DNA of 23,250 nt from Candidatus Sericytochromatia bacterium (GTDB lineage Bacteria; Cyanobacteriota; Sericytochromatia; S15B-MN24; JAQBPE01). This document shows positions 1 to 7,000 of the stretch, piece after piece. The DNA is taken from NCBI GenBank assembly GCA_040400605.1, contig JBBAPZ010000024.1, positions 1 through 23,250 on the forward strand, in the 5' to 3' direction. Within the stretch, counting starts at the first letter, position 1. The number at the start of each line of letters is the position of its first letter. The position numbers and the translations under genes are program-made. The notes under the pieces are model-generated. The model had not been told where the DNA came from, did not search any database, and was given only the letters and a program-made list of their open reading frames with translations.

Positions 1-2
1 TT

Positions 3-1073
3 GACTCTGCTGGCAATGCTGGCACTGTTCGTACAGTGCCCGTGAACATCCAGACCGGCGTAATAACGTCTCTGACTACTGAGGTCATCGACAATAATGT
101 ATTGTTCCGCTGGGACAACGTGCCGGGTTCCTTGCCTATTGCTACCTACGATCTCCGCCGTGGCCCTGTGTGGGCTTCCGCTGATGAGATCGGCTACAAG
201 GACGGCGGCTTTACTACGGTGTTCGAGGCTCCACAGACGCAGACGGTCTACACCTACTGGCTCACAGCTATCGACACGGCGGGCAACTACGGCGCTCCTG
301 TAAGCGTAACTGCAACCGTCAACCAGCCGCCCGACTATGTCTTGGCTACCCGATTTGAGGCGACGTATGGCGGCACTCGCTCCAACGCGATATTCGACGG
401 CGAAGTTCTTGCGCTGCCGGTTAACACGACTGAGACGTGGACGACACACTTCACAAGTAGAAGCTGGAACACCCCACAGGATCAGATCAACGCAGGGTAC
501 CCCGTCTTCATTCAGCCCGGTATCATAACCGGCTACTATGAAGAAGTCTTCGACTACGGCGCTACGCTAGCCGCCATGAAAGTCACGGCGACGTTCCGTG
601 AGATCGACGTTGCTGGGACTGTAGCCATCGACACAACTATCACCGCAGCGCTCGACGCTGCGTTTACGGTTAACGTCCAGACGTTCAGCGGCACGCAGGC
701 TTACGCTATCAACTTCCGCTACATCAAGGTACGCCTCACTGCTACGGCTACCAATGATCAGGGCGTGGCTGAGATCACCGACTTTACGGTCGTGCTGGAC
801 ACGAAACTAAAGAGCCAAACTGGCAAAGTCGCAGCGAATTCTGCGGACTCAGGCGGCACTACTGTGTACCTCACAGACGACCGCACTTCAGGTGGAAACA
901 AGACGTTCATTGACGTAGAATCCATCAATGTGTCAGCGAACACGTCGTCACCTGTTTACGCGATCTATGACTTCACGGACACGTTCAACCCCCTGAGCTT
1001 TAAGGTCTTGCTTTACAACAGTGCTGGAAGTAGGATCTCGGGTGAGGTAAGCTACTCCGTTAGAGGATATTGA
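3..1073 (+). CDS. C-terminal part of a large phage tail/host-specificity protein with fibronectin-III-like repeats (5' truncated by the window)
   Basis: The frame is open from base 3 (DSAGNAGTVRTV), echoing the internal DTAGNYGAPVSV, so 36 is not the real start. It has the FN3-like pattern 'LFRW...YDLRRG..W...YWLTAIDTAGN' and a beta-rich C-terminus with 'FRYIKVRL'. Confidence 0.75.
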   Translation, partial: DSAGNAGTVRTVPVNIQTGVITSLTTEVIDNNVLFRWDNVPGSLPIATYDLRRGPVWASADEIGYKDGGFTTVFEAPQTQTVYTYWLTAIDTAGNYGAPVSVTATVNQPPDYVLATRFEATYGGTRSNAIFDGEVLALPVNTTETWTTHFTSRSWNTPQDQINAGYPVFIQPGIITGYYEEVFDYGATLAAMKVTATFREIDVAGTVAIDTTITAALDAAFTVNVQTFSGTQAYAINFRYIKVRLTATATNDQGVAEITDFTVVLDTKLKSQTGKVAANSADSGGTTVYLTDDRTSGGNKTFIDVESINVSANTSSPVYAIYDFTDTFNPLSFKVLLYNSAGSRISGEVSYSVRGY

Positions 1074-1074
1074 C

Positions 1075-1833
1075 ATGGCTGACCACAGCAAACCAACAGT
1101 CACAAGCACGTACGCCAACTTCGTCACGGAGTTGGACACGCGGATTGACGACGTGACTCTTGGGCTGGACCCAGCCACTACGTCACCTACCAACCTCCCG
1201 ACGAATGCCATCCGCTGGAACAGCGCAGCTACTAAGTGGCAAAAGTGGTCTGGCGCGGCTTGGTCTGACCTAGCAGCGCTCTACGCTATCAACATCAACG
1301 GCAACGCGGCCACCGTCACCAACGGTGTGTACACCAGCGGCTCCTATGCTGACCCTGCATGGATTACGTCCATCTCTGGAGCCAAGGTCTCTGGGGCCAT
1401 CAGCGGCAACGCAGGCACTGCTACGGCTCTGGCTACTGCGAGGACGATCAACGGCGTCAGCTTCGATGGCACCGCCAACATCTCGGTCAACGTAAACAAC
1501 AACCTGACGTTCAACAACACTGGGTCTGGCGCAGCCAGCGGCACAACGTTCAACGGCGGCACAGCGACAACCATTTCGTACAACACCATCGGCGCTCCCA
1601 GTGCTGCTGGCGCTGGGGCGACAGGTACTTGGCCTATCAGCATTAGTGGTGCAGCGGCTTCTGCCGCAAACGCCACGAACGCGACGAATGCTACCCAGCT
1701 CGTCACTACCAACTTCACCATCCAACAAGTTGGCGCGGAACTTGTGTTTCTTTACGGCGCTACCCGTATAGCGAAGCTTACTAGCGCGGGCAAGTTCGTC
1801 GCCATAGAGAACGAAGCCAACGCCACGATTTAA
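1075..1833 (+). CDS. Tail fibre protein
   Basis: Rich in T/A/N/G, with typical fibre motifs (GNAATVTNG, GNAGTATALATARTINGVSFDGTANI, NATNATNAT). Starts 1 nt after the upstream stop. Confidence 0.8.
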   Translation: MADHSKPTVTSTYANFVTELDTRIDDVTLGLDPATTSPTNLPTNAIRWNSAATKWQKWSGAAWSDLAALYAININGNAATVTNGVYTSGSYADPAWITSISGAKVSGAISGNAGTATALATARTINGVSFDGTANISVNVNNNLTFNNTGSGAASGTTFNGGTATTISYNTIGAPSAAGAGATGTWPISISGAAASAANATNATNATQLVTTNFTIQQVGAELVFLYGATRIAKLTSAGKFVAIENEANATI

Positions 1834-1843
1834 GGAGCAGCTA

Positions 1844-2566
1844 ATGCCAACTACTTTACGAAACACAGACATCCTGTTTAACGACGGTACCACACAAAGC
1901 ACGGCGGCTACCACAGGCTCAGCCATACCAAATCAAATTATTATTCAGTCTACGCAAAGTTGGACTGTTCCAGCCGGTGTTACAAAAATTAGGGTCGCAC
2001 TCTTTGGCGGCGCTGGCGGCGGCGGTGGCGCTGGTTGTAATTATGGTTGGAACGGTGGCGATGGAGGTTCTGGCGTAGCGTTCCTGACTGTAACCCCCGG
2101 TACTACGTACACAGTGACTATTGGTTCTGGTGGCGCTGGCGGTAGCGCATATGGCGCTGGAGGTACTGGGGGTACTTCCAGTTTTGGTGCCGCAGTAACC
2201 GCCACCGGCGGCGCTGGAGGAGGCGCCAATCAAGGCGTTCCTGGCACTGCGGCTCGTGGAACTTTTTCTACCAGTGGCACCATATTACAGAGAAATACTC
2301 AACAATCTTATGGCGGCGCTGCTGGAGGCACAAACACTGGCGGCGGCGGCGGCGGCGGTGCGCTTACTGGTGGCGGTAATGGTGCCGCATTACTGGGCGC
2401 GGCGGGGGGGATTTCATATGGCCCGGGCAACCCAGGGCAAACAAATCCGTCTGGATACTACCAAGGCGGTGCTGGTGGAACGCCAAATGGTGGAGCCGGT
2501 GGCCCTAGCAATGTAATTCAGGGTGGCGGCGGTGGCGGCGGCGGTGGCTGTATCATCTTTTACTAG
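1844..2566 (+). CDS. Glycine-rich tail fibre / receptor-binding protein
   Basis: AAGGAG RBS. Shows the glycine-rich fibre signature 'WTVPAGVTKIRVALFGGAGGGGG...VTPGTTYTVTIGSGG...GGTSSFG..VTATGG' and ends GGGGCIIFY. Confidence 0.8.
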   Translation: MPTTLRNTDILFNDGTTQSTAATTGSAIPNQIIIQSTQSWTVPAGVTKIRVALFGGAGGGGGAGCNYGWNGGDGGSGVAFLTVTPGTTYTVTIGSGGAGGSAYGAGGTGGTSSFGAAVTATGGAGGGANQGVPGTAARGTFSTSGTILQRNTQQSYGGAAGGTNTGGGGGGGALTGGGNGAALLGAAGGISYGPGNPGQTNPSGYYQGGAGGTPNGGAGGPSNVIQGGGGGGGGGCIIFY

Positions 2567-2574
2567 GACTTTAT

Positions 2575-2868
2575 ATGAAGAAAGCTCTTATTGACCCGAA
2601 TGCCCCCGTGATGCAAATCACAAGCTGGGTGCTGAATCCGATCACAGGTAAATACTCGCCCGTGGTTACGGAAATACCAAGTTCAGATCGAGTGGCAGAA
2701 GTCGCTGACACTGAGTTCCCTGTGTGCGTTCCGCTGTTCTGGGTCGACTGCGCCGACGACGTACTTCCTGATGTTTGGTATTTCGACAACGCAAACCAGA
2801 CGATTATCCTTGTGCCTCCCCCGGCACCATATCCAGAAACAGATGTATCGGGCGCAGATAACCTATGA
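2575..2868 (+). CDS. Small tail-fibre-associated protein (putative assembly chaperone)
   Basis: AGGA RBS. Acidic 97-aa protein with 'LFWVDC.DDV...WYFD', directly after the Gly-rich fibre. Function is inferred from position. Confidence 0.55.
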   Translation: MKKALIDPNAPVMQITSWVLNPITGKYSPVVTEIPSSDRVAEVADTEFPVCVPLFWVDCADDVLPDVWYFDNANQTIILVPPPAPYPETDVSGADNL

Positions 2869-3146
2869 CCATGCCTGTCCCTGCTGTGCATGAGGTGCAG
2901 TATTCGGGGCTGCATATCAAGGTGTTTCATGCTAATCACGGCGAGGGCTTACCCCGGCATCAGCACTTGTATCCACACCTTACCATGTGCCACTCTGGTA
3001 GCTGCGTGATACGCAAAGAAGGTGTAGAGCGTATCATTGATAAGCACTCCAAGCCGATTAACTTGCGCGGCGGCGAATGGCACGAGATAGAAGCACGAGA
3101 AAACGGCACTGTTATCGTCAACATATTTTCGGAAGATCAATACTAA
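2865..3146 (+). CDS. Cupin-domain protein
   Basis: Cupin motif 1 'LPRHQHLYPHLTMCHSG' and motif 2 'GEWHEIEARENGT'. ATGA overlap with the upstream gene. Confidence 0.8.
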   Translation: MTMPVPAVHEVQYSGLHIKVFHANHGEGLPRHQHLYPHLTMCHSGSCVIRKEGVERIIDKHSKPINLRGGEWHEIEARENGTVIVNIFSEDQY

Positions 3147-3148
3147 AA

Positions 3149-3631
3149 ATGCCCTACGCCTTCCTCCATCCTGACGGTAGCATCAAACTGGTGGTGCCTA
3201 AGCCGACGCCGTTCATGAAGGTGTTGCCGGGGGAGAGGATCGTCAACTACAACCCGCCTCCGGCGGACCCTGAGCTAATGACCATCGTCCCAGTGGAGCC
3301 GGTCCCAGCGGATACCATGGACGTGCAGTTCACCACGACGTACAAAGACAAGGCGACTACCGAGAACGTCCTGATGCGGCGCAAAACGGCGCTCATCCAA
3401 TACCATCTGGACACAACCGCGCAATCGCGGGGGTACGACAACATTCTGGCTGCGGTGTCCTACGCCACTTCCCGGCACCCGGTGTATAGCGTTGAGGGCC
3501 AAGCTTTCGCCATTTGGCGGGATCAGTGCTGGGACATCACGTTTGCAACCTTGGACGCCGTTTTTGCGGGGGAGCTGCCCATGCCGTCCGACGCTGCCTT
3601 GGTAGCTCAACTTCCTGCGTTCACGGGCTAG
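3149..3631 (+). CDS. Phage tail-associated protein (tail fibre assembly-like)
   Basis: ATG at 3149 lies 2 nt after the cupin stop and is preferred over 3077. The C-terminal 'HLDTTAQSRGYDNILAAVSYATS...EGQAFAIWRDQCW...LVAQLP' is a pattern I recognise from tail-fibre-linked phage proteins. Confidence 0.6.
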   Translation: MPYAFLHPDGSIKLVVPKPTPFMKVLPGERIVNYNPPPADPELMTIVPVEPVPADTMDVQFTTTYKDKATTENVLMRRKTALIQYHLDTTAQSRGYDNILAAVSYATSRHPVYSVEGQAFAIWRDQCWDITFATLDAVFAGELPMPSDAALVAQLPAFTG

Positions 3632-3663
3632 CGCAGCGGCTATCCTGCGGTCATAATACGGGC

Positions 3664-4086
3664 ATGGCGCACCTTGTCCTAGATCCGCAGAACCAGAAGC
3701 GTGTCGGCCAGTGGGTAGCGGAGAAGGTTAAGCAGGGCGCGAGTTGGGGGGATTTTTTCGCAGTAGGTGTGGAACGTGGCGGCGAGATCATCGCTGGTGT
3801 CGTGGTCAACAACTACAACGGAGCCAATGCAACTTGTCACATCGCGATTGCGCAGCAAACCAAAATGCTTGTGCCGTTGCTACGAACTGTGTGTGACTAT
3901 GCCTTCCGGCACTGTAGGTTGAAGCGGCTTACCGGCATGGTGCCGACCAATGAACCCCACATCATTGCGTTCGATAAGCATCTTGGGTTCGAGGAAGAGT
4001 TCGTGATGAAAGACGGTGCTCCCGGATCTGACATGCAAGTTTTGGTTATGCGGCCTGACAACTGTCGATGGCTGTCGAAGGAGTGA
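3664..4086 (+). CDS. GNAT-fold N-acyltransferase-like virion morphogenesis protein (positional analogue of P22 gp14 / T7 gp13)
   Basis: RimJ/RimL-like motifs 'DYAFRHCRLKRLTGMVPTNEPHIIAFDKHLGFEEEFVMKDG'. Sits immediately before the internal virion genes. ATG 3664 is preferred over 3514. Confidence 0.75.
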   Translation: MAHLVLDPQNQKRVGQWVAEKVKQGASWGDFFAVGVERGGEIIAGVVVNNYNGANATCHIAIAQQTKMLVPLLRTVCDYAFRHCRLKRLTGMVPTNEPHIIAFDKHLGFEEEFVMKDGAPGSDMQVLVMRPDNCRWLSKE

Positions 4087-4089
4087 AGT

Positions 4090-5070
4090 ATGGGTGGTAA
4101 GTCAAGTCCTCCGCCGCCGGACTACAGCGGTCTGGAATCTCTCGGTAGAGAGCAACTCGATTTTGCGAAACGGCAGTACGAAGAACTCAAGCCGCTGGCC
4201 GAGCGTGTCTATGGTGCGCAAGCTGACGCTCAGACAGAGCAGATGACTCAGGCCCGTGAATACTACGACTACCTCAAGAATACGTTCCGACCTATCGAGC
4301 AAGGGCTAGCCCGAGACGCCGAGGCGTTCAATACCGAAGCCTACCGCGAACAACTCGCCCAGAAAGCCGCCGCTGATGCGGCGCAGGCGTTCCAATCTGC
4401 TCAGGGCGTGACGATGCGTGAAGCTGCTCGTCGTGGTGTCAATCCTGCCTCTGGCGCATTCGGTGCCGCGCAACGCAACACAGGTCTGGCACTCGCCGCC
4501 GCGCAAGCTGGTGGTATGAATCAAGCTCGGCAACAAGCTGAGCAGACTGGGTGGGCTCGCCGCCTTGATGTTACTGGTCTCGGGCGTGGGCTCTCCGGCG
4601 CGTCTACCGCAGCATACTCTGGGGCTACTGGTGCAGGCACTTCCGCCGTGGGCACAGCCGCCGCTCCGGGCACTCAGTACATGCAAGGCCTGCAGCAGGC
4701 TGGCAGTACGTACGGCACCATCTTGAACAGCCAGACTTCAGCGTACAACGCTGGAATGTCTCAGTCCGACCCACTCGCTTCGATTGTCGGCATGGGCGTC
4801 GGCGCGTACGTTGGTGGGTTCGGCGGTGCGGCTGGTAAGGCTGCGGGGTCAGATATTCGTCTGAAGCAAAACATTGAGCGTGTTGGCTTCGATGAGCGCA
4901 CCCAGTTGCCGATCTACGAGTTCGAGTACAAGGACAACCCCGGCGAGCGCTTCCGTGGTGTCATGGCACACGAGGTAGAAGCCAAGTATCCCGATGCGGT
5001 TGTGACCGGGCCTGACGGGTACAAGGCTGTGTTCTATGATCGCCTCGGTATGCAAATGGAGAAGGTGTAA
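4090..5070 (+). CDS. Putative ejection / DNA-transfer protein with C-terminal peptidase S74 (intramolecular chaperone autoprocessing) domain
   Basis: AAGGAG RBS. Starts MGGKSSPPPPDY, has a Q/A-rich helical body and a Gly-rich hydrophobic segment, then 'SDIRLKQNI...IYEFEYK...GVMAHEVE..YPDAVV...GYKAVFYDRL'. Confidence 0.75.
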   Translation: MGGKSSPPPPDYSGLESLGREQLDFAKRQYEELKPLAERVYGAQADAQTEQMTQAREYYDYLKNTFRPIEQGLARDAEAFNTEAYREQLAQKAAADAAQAFQSAQGVTMREAARRGVNPASGAFGAAQRNTGLALAAAQAGGMNQARQQAEQTGWARRLDVTGLGRGLSGASTAAYSGATGAGTSAVGTAAAPGTQYMQGLQQAGSTYGTILNSQTSAYNAGMSQSDPLASIVGMGVGAYVGGFGGAAGKAAGSDIRLKQNIERVGFDERTQLPIYEFEYKDNPGERFRGVMAHEVEAKYPDAVVTGPDGYKAVFYDRLGMQMEKV

Positions 5071-5073
5071 GTC

Positions 5074-6987
5074 ATGGCAGATTTCTTCAAAAGCCTTACC
5101 AGTGGGTTCGGCACCGGCCTTCAGATCAGCCAAGCTATGCGTGATCGCGAAGAGCGTGATCGCCTGCTGCAGCAGCGCCAGGAACTCCAAGCGGCGTATG
5201 GGCTCACTCCGCAAGAGGAGTCCCGCGAAGCTACCCTGGCGCGTGCGCAAGCAGAGACGCAAGCCCTCGCGCAACGAGACGCGATAGATTTTGGCCTGAC
5301 TCCCCAGGACATGCAATCGTACGCACCCGCCGCCCCTGTTATGCCAGCCGGAGGCCAAAGTATTGGAGTGCCCACTTACACGATTGGTGGACAGACCTTT
5401 CGGCGTCAGCCTACGGAGTTCGACATTGACGCCGCTCGCACTCGCGCAGCCGCAGATGTGTATGGTAAGTATGGTGACACCGCCCGGCGGCAGGAACTTC
5501 TCACTGGGCTGCGCCGTGAAGAGCGTGCGATAGCAGACGAGAAGCGGCGTCAAGAAGAAGCGCTACGTAGCGCGGCACGAGAAACACGCGACCAAGCAGC
5601 TTTTGTGACACAGCAGCAGGAAGTTAGGTATAGGCTTGACGCACTCGCGGAAACCGCCGCCGAAAGAAAAAATCTCAGGGCGTTTGAAGACCGGCTCAAT
5701 ACGATAGCCAACCCATCTACAGATGATGTGACTAAGCTTTCCAAAGAGTTCAACCTGTCAGGCGCTACAAAGGATGCTGTTCTCAGTCGGTTCATCACTG
5801 GCCGAGGACTTGTGCGCGGCGAAGAAGCAGCCGCTCGTATGCAGGCGTTTAATCAGTGGCAGGTGCAAAACCCGAATGCTGGGTTCCCAGAAATCGCGGC
5901 TGAGACAAGACGCCTTGGCATGTCCATCGACGAGCAGTACAACATTGCCTCCAAGATAACTGGCATCGACAAAGCCTCGTTTGAAGCTTCTGAAATGCGT
6001 ATTCGCAAACTTGTTCAGGGTAAAAATCTTGACGGCTTGCTGAAGGCGCACAAAGAAAGCGATGACCTTGATCCCGGCACGCACTTTGAAGTTATCCGTG
6101 GCAAGGGCGGTACGCTGACGCTCAATCGCGTTGATTCTAAGACTGGCACCGTGGTGCAGCCTAATGTCTTTAGCGGCACCGAGGCTGAGGCTACTACGTA
6201 TCTGAATAGGGCCGCGACTGATCCGTCTACCATCGTTGACTTTACGATGAACTTAGAAAAGGGGAAAGCGGCGATACGGGCTTCGCAGGCGTCTACACAA
6301 GCTTCTCAGGCATCGGCAAGAGCTTCGGATGCTACTACCGGGCTGCGTAGTGCGCAAGCGGCTGCACTTGCAAAAGACGAGAATACTAGAGCCGAACGCA
6401 CCGCGATTATGGAAGCGTACGACAAGCTCACCCCCGAGCAACAGAAGGGACCAGAGGGGGACGCGCTCATGAGGCGGTTCAATATGGTCAACGTAAAGCT
6501 TGGTGGTACTGTTCCTCTTGGTTCAACAGCCAAGGCTGGACGGCAGTATGAGATGACTGATCTCGACAAGGAAAACCTCAAGTACTACCGCGAGTGGGAA
6601 AAAGATCCTCGAAACGCGAAGTTGCCACAAGCGACTAAGGACGCCAAAGCTGCCGATCTCGGTATTACGCAGTTCATCAAGCGCAACACTGAGGGACCGT
6701 CATCTGGCTTTGGGTCGAACCCATACGCTGCGTCGCAAGACGGTACCGCCGCTGCCCCCGCCACTACAGGGCTTACCACTGCACCAGCGAGGGCGCAGGC
6801 TCCGGCGCTTACGTCTGAGAACACTAAGATATTGTCCGCTGCTGGCAACACGGGCTACAACGTACAGTTACCTGATGGCTCTACACGAGTGATGTCTATT
6901 TCGCAGCTTGAGCAAATGGGGTATAAGTTCCCAAGCGGCACTGGCTTACAGCGTCCTTGGTACGCAGACTTGCTCCCAGGACGTTGA
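5074..6987 (+). CDS. Putative internal virion / ejection protein (637 aa)
   Basis: Amphipathic N-terminus 'MADFFKSLTSGFGTGLQI' followed by R/E/Q coiled-coil-like runs. Second of three genes of increasing size. Confidence 0.6.
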   Translation: MADFFKSLTSGFGTGLQISQAMRDREERDRLLQQRQELQAAYGLTPQEESREATLARAQAETQALAQRDAIDFGLTPQDMQSYAPAAPVMPAGGQSIGVPTYTIGGQTFRRQPTEFDIDAARTRAAADVYGKYGDTARRQELLTGLRREERAIADEKRRQEEALRSAARETRDQAAFVTQQQEVRYRLDALAETAAERKNLRAFEDRLNTIANPSTDDVTKLSKEFNLSGATKDAVLSRFITGRGLVRGEEAAARMQAFNQWQVQNPNAGFPEIAAETRRLGMSIDEQYNIASKITGIDKASFEASEMRIRKLVQGKNLDGLLKAHKESDDLDPGTHFEVIRGKGGTLTLNRVDSKTGTVVQPNVFSGTEAEATTYLNRAATDPSTIVDFTMNLEKGKAAIRASQASTQASQASARASDATTGLRSAQAAALAKDENTRAERTAIMEAYDKLTPEQQKGPEGDALMRRFNMVNVKLGGTVPLGSTAKAGRQYEMTDLDKENLKYYREWEKDPRNAKLPQATKDAKAADLGITQFIKRNTEGPSSGFGSNPYAASQDGTAAAPATTGLTTAPARAQAPALTSENTKILSAAGNTGYNVQLPDGSTRVMSISQLEQMGYKFPSGTGLQRPWYADLLPGR

Positions 6988-7000
6988 CCACGGAGTTGAA

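Noticed and set aside
1270..1926. 218-aa minus-strand ORF and similar long antisense ORFs (4849-5553, 8482-9342, 16614-17132, 18128-18661)
   Set aside because: They shadow well-supported genes on the opposite strand, which is expected in GC-rich DNA, and show no recognisable motifs.
2000..2550. (GGC)n runs as possible phase-variation microsatellites
   Set aside because: They are in-frame poly-Gly codons of the Gly-rich fibre.
1..3631. Diversity-generating retroelement or invertible tail-fibre system
   Set aside because: No reverse transcriptase, recombinase or template/variable repeat pair was seen in the window.
6908..7000. Longer N-termini given in the ORF track (6908; also 3077, 3514, 13511, 22483, 22680)
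   Set aside because: They overlap upstream genes. Downstream ATGs with an RBS, stop-start coupling or no overlap fit better.
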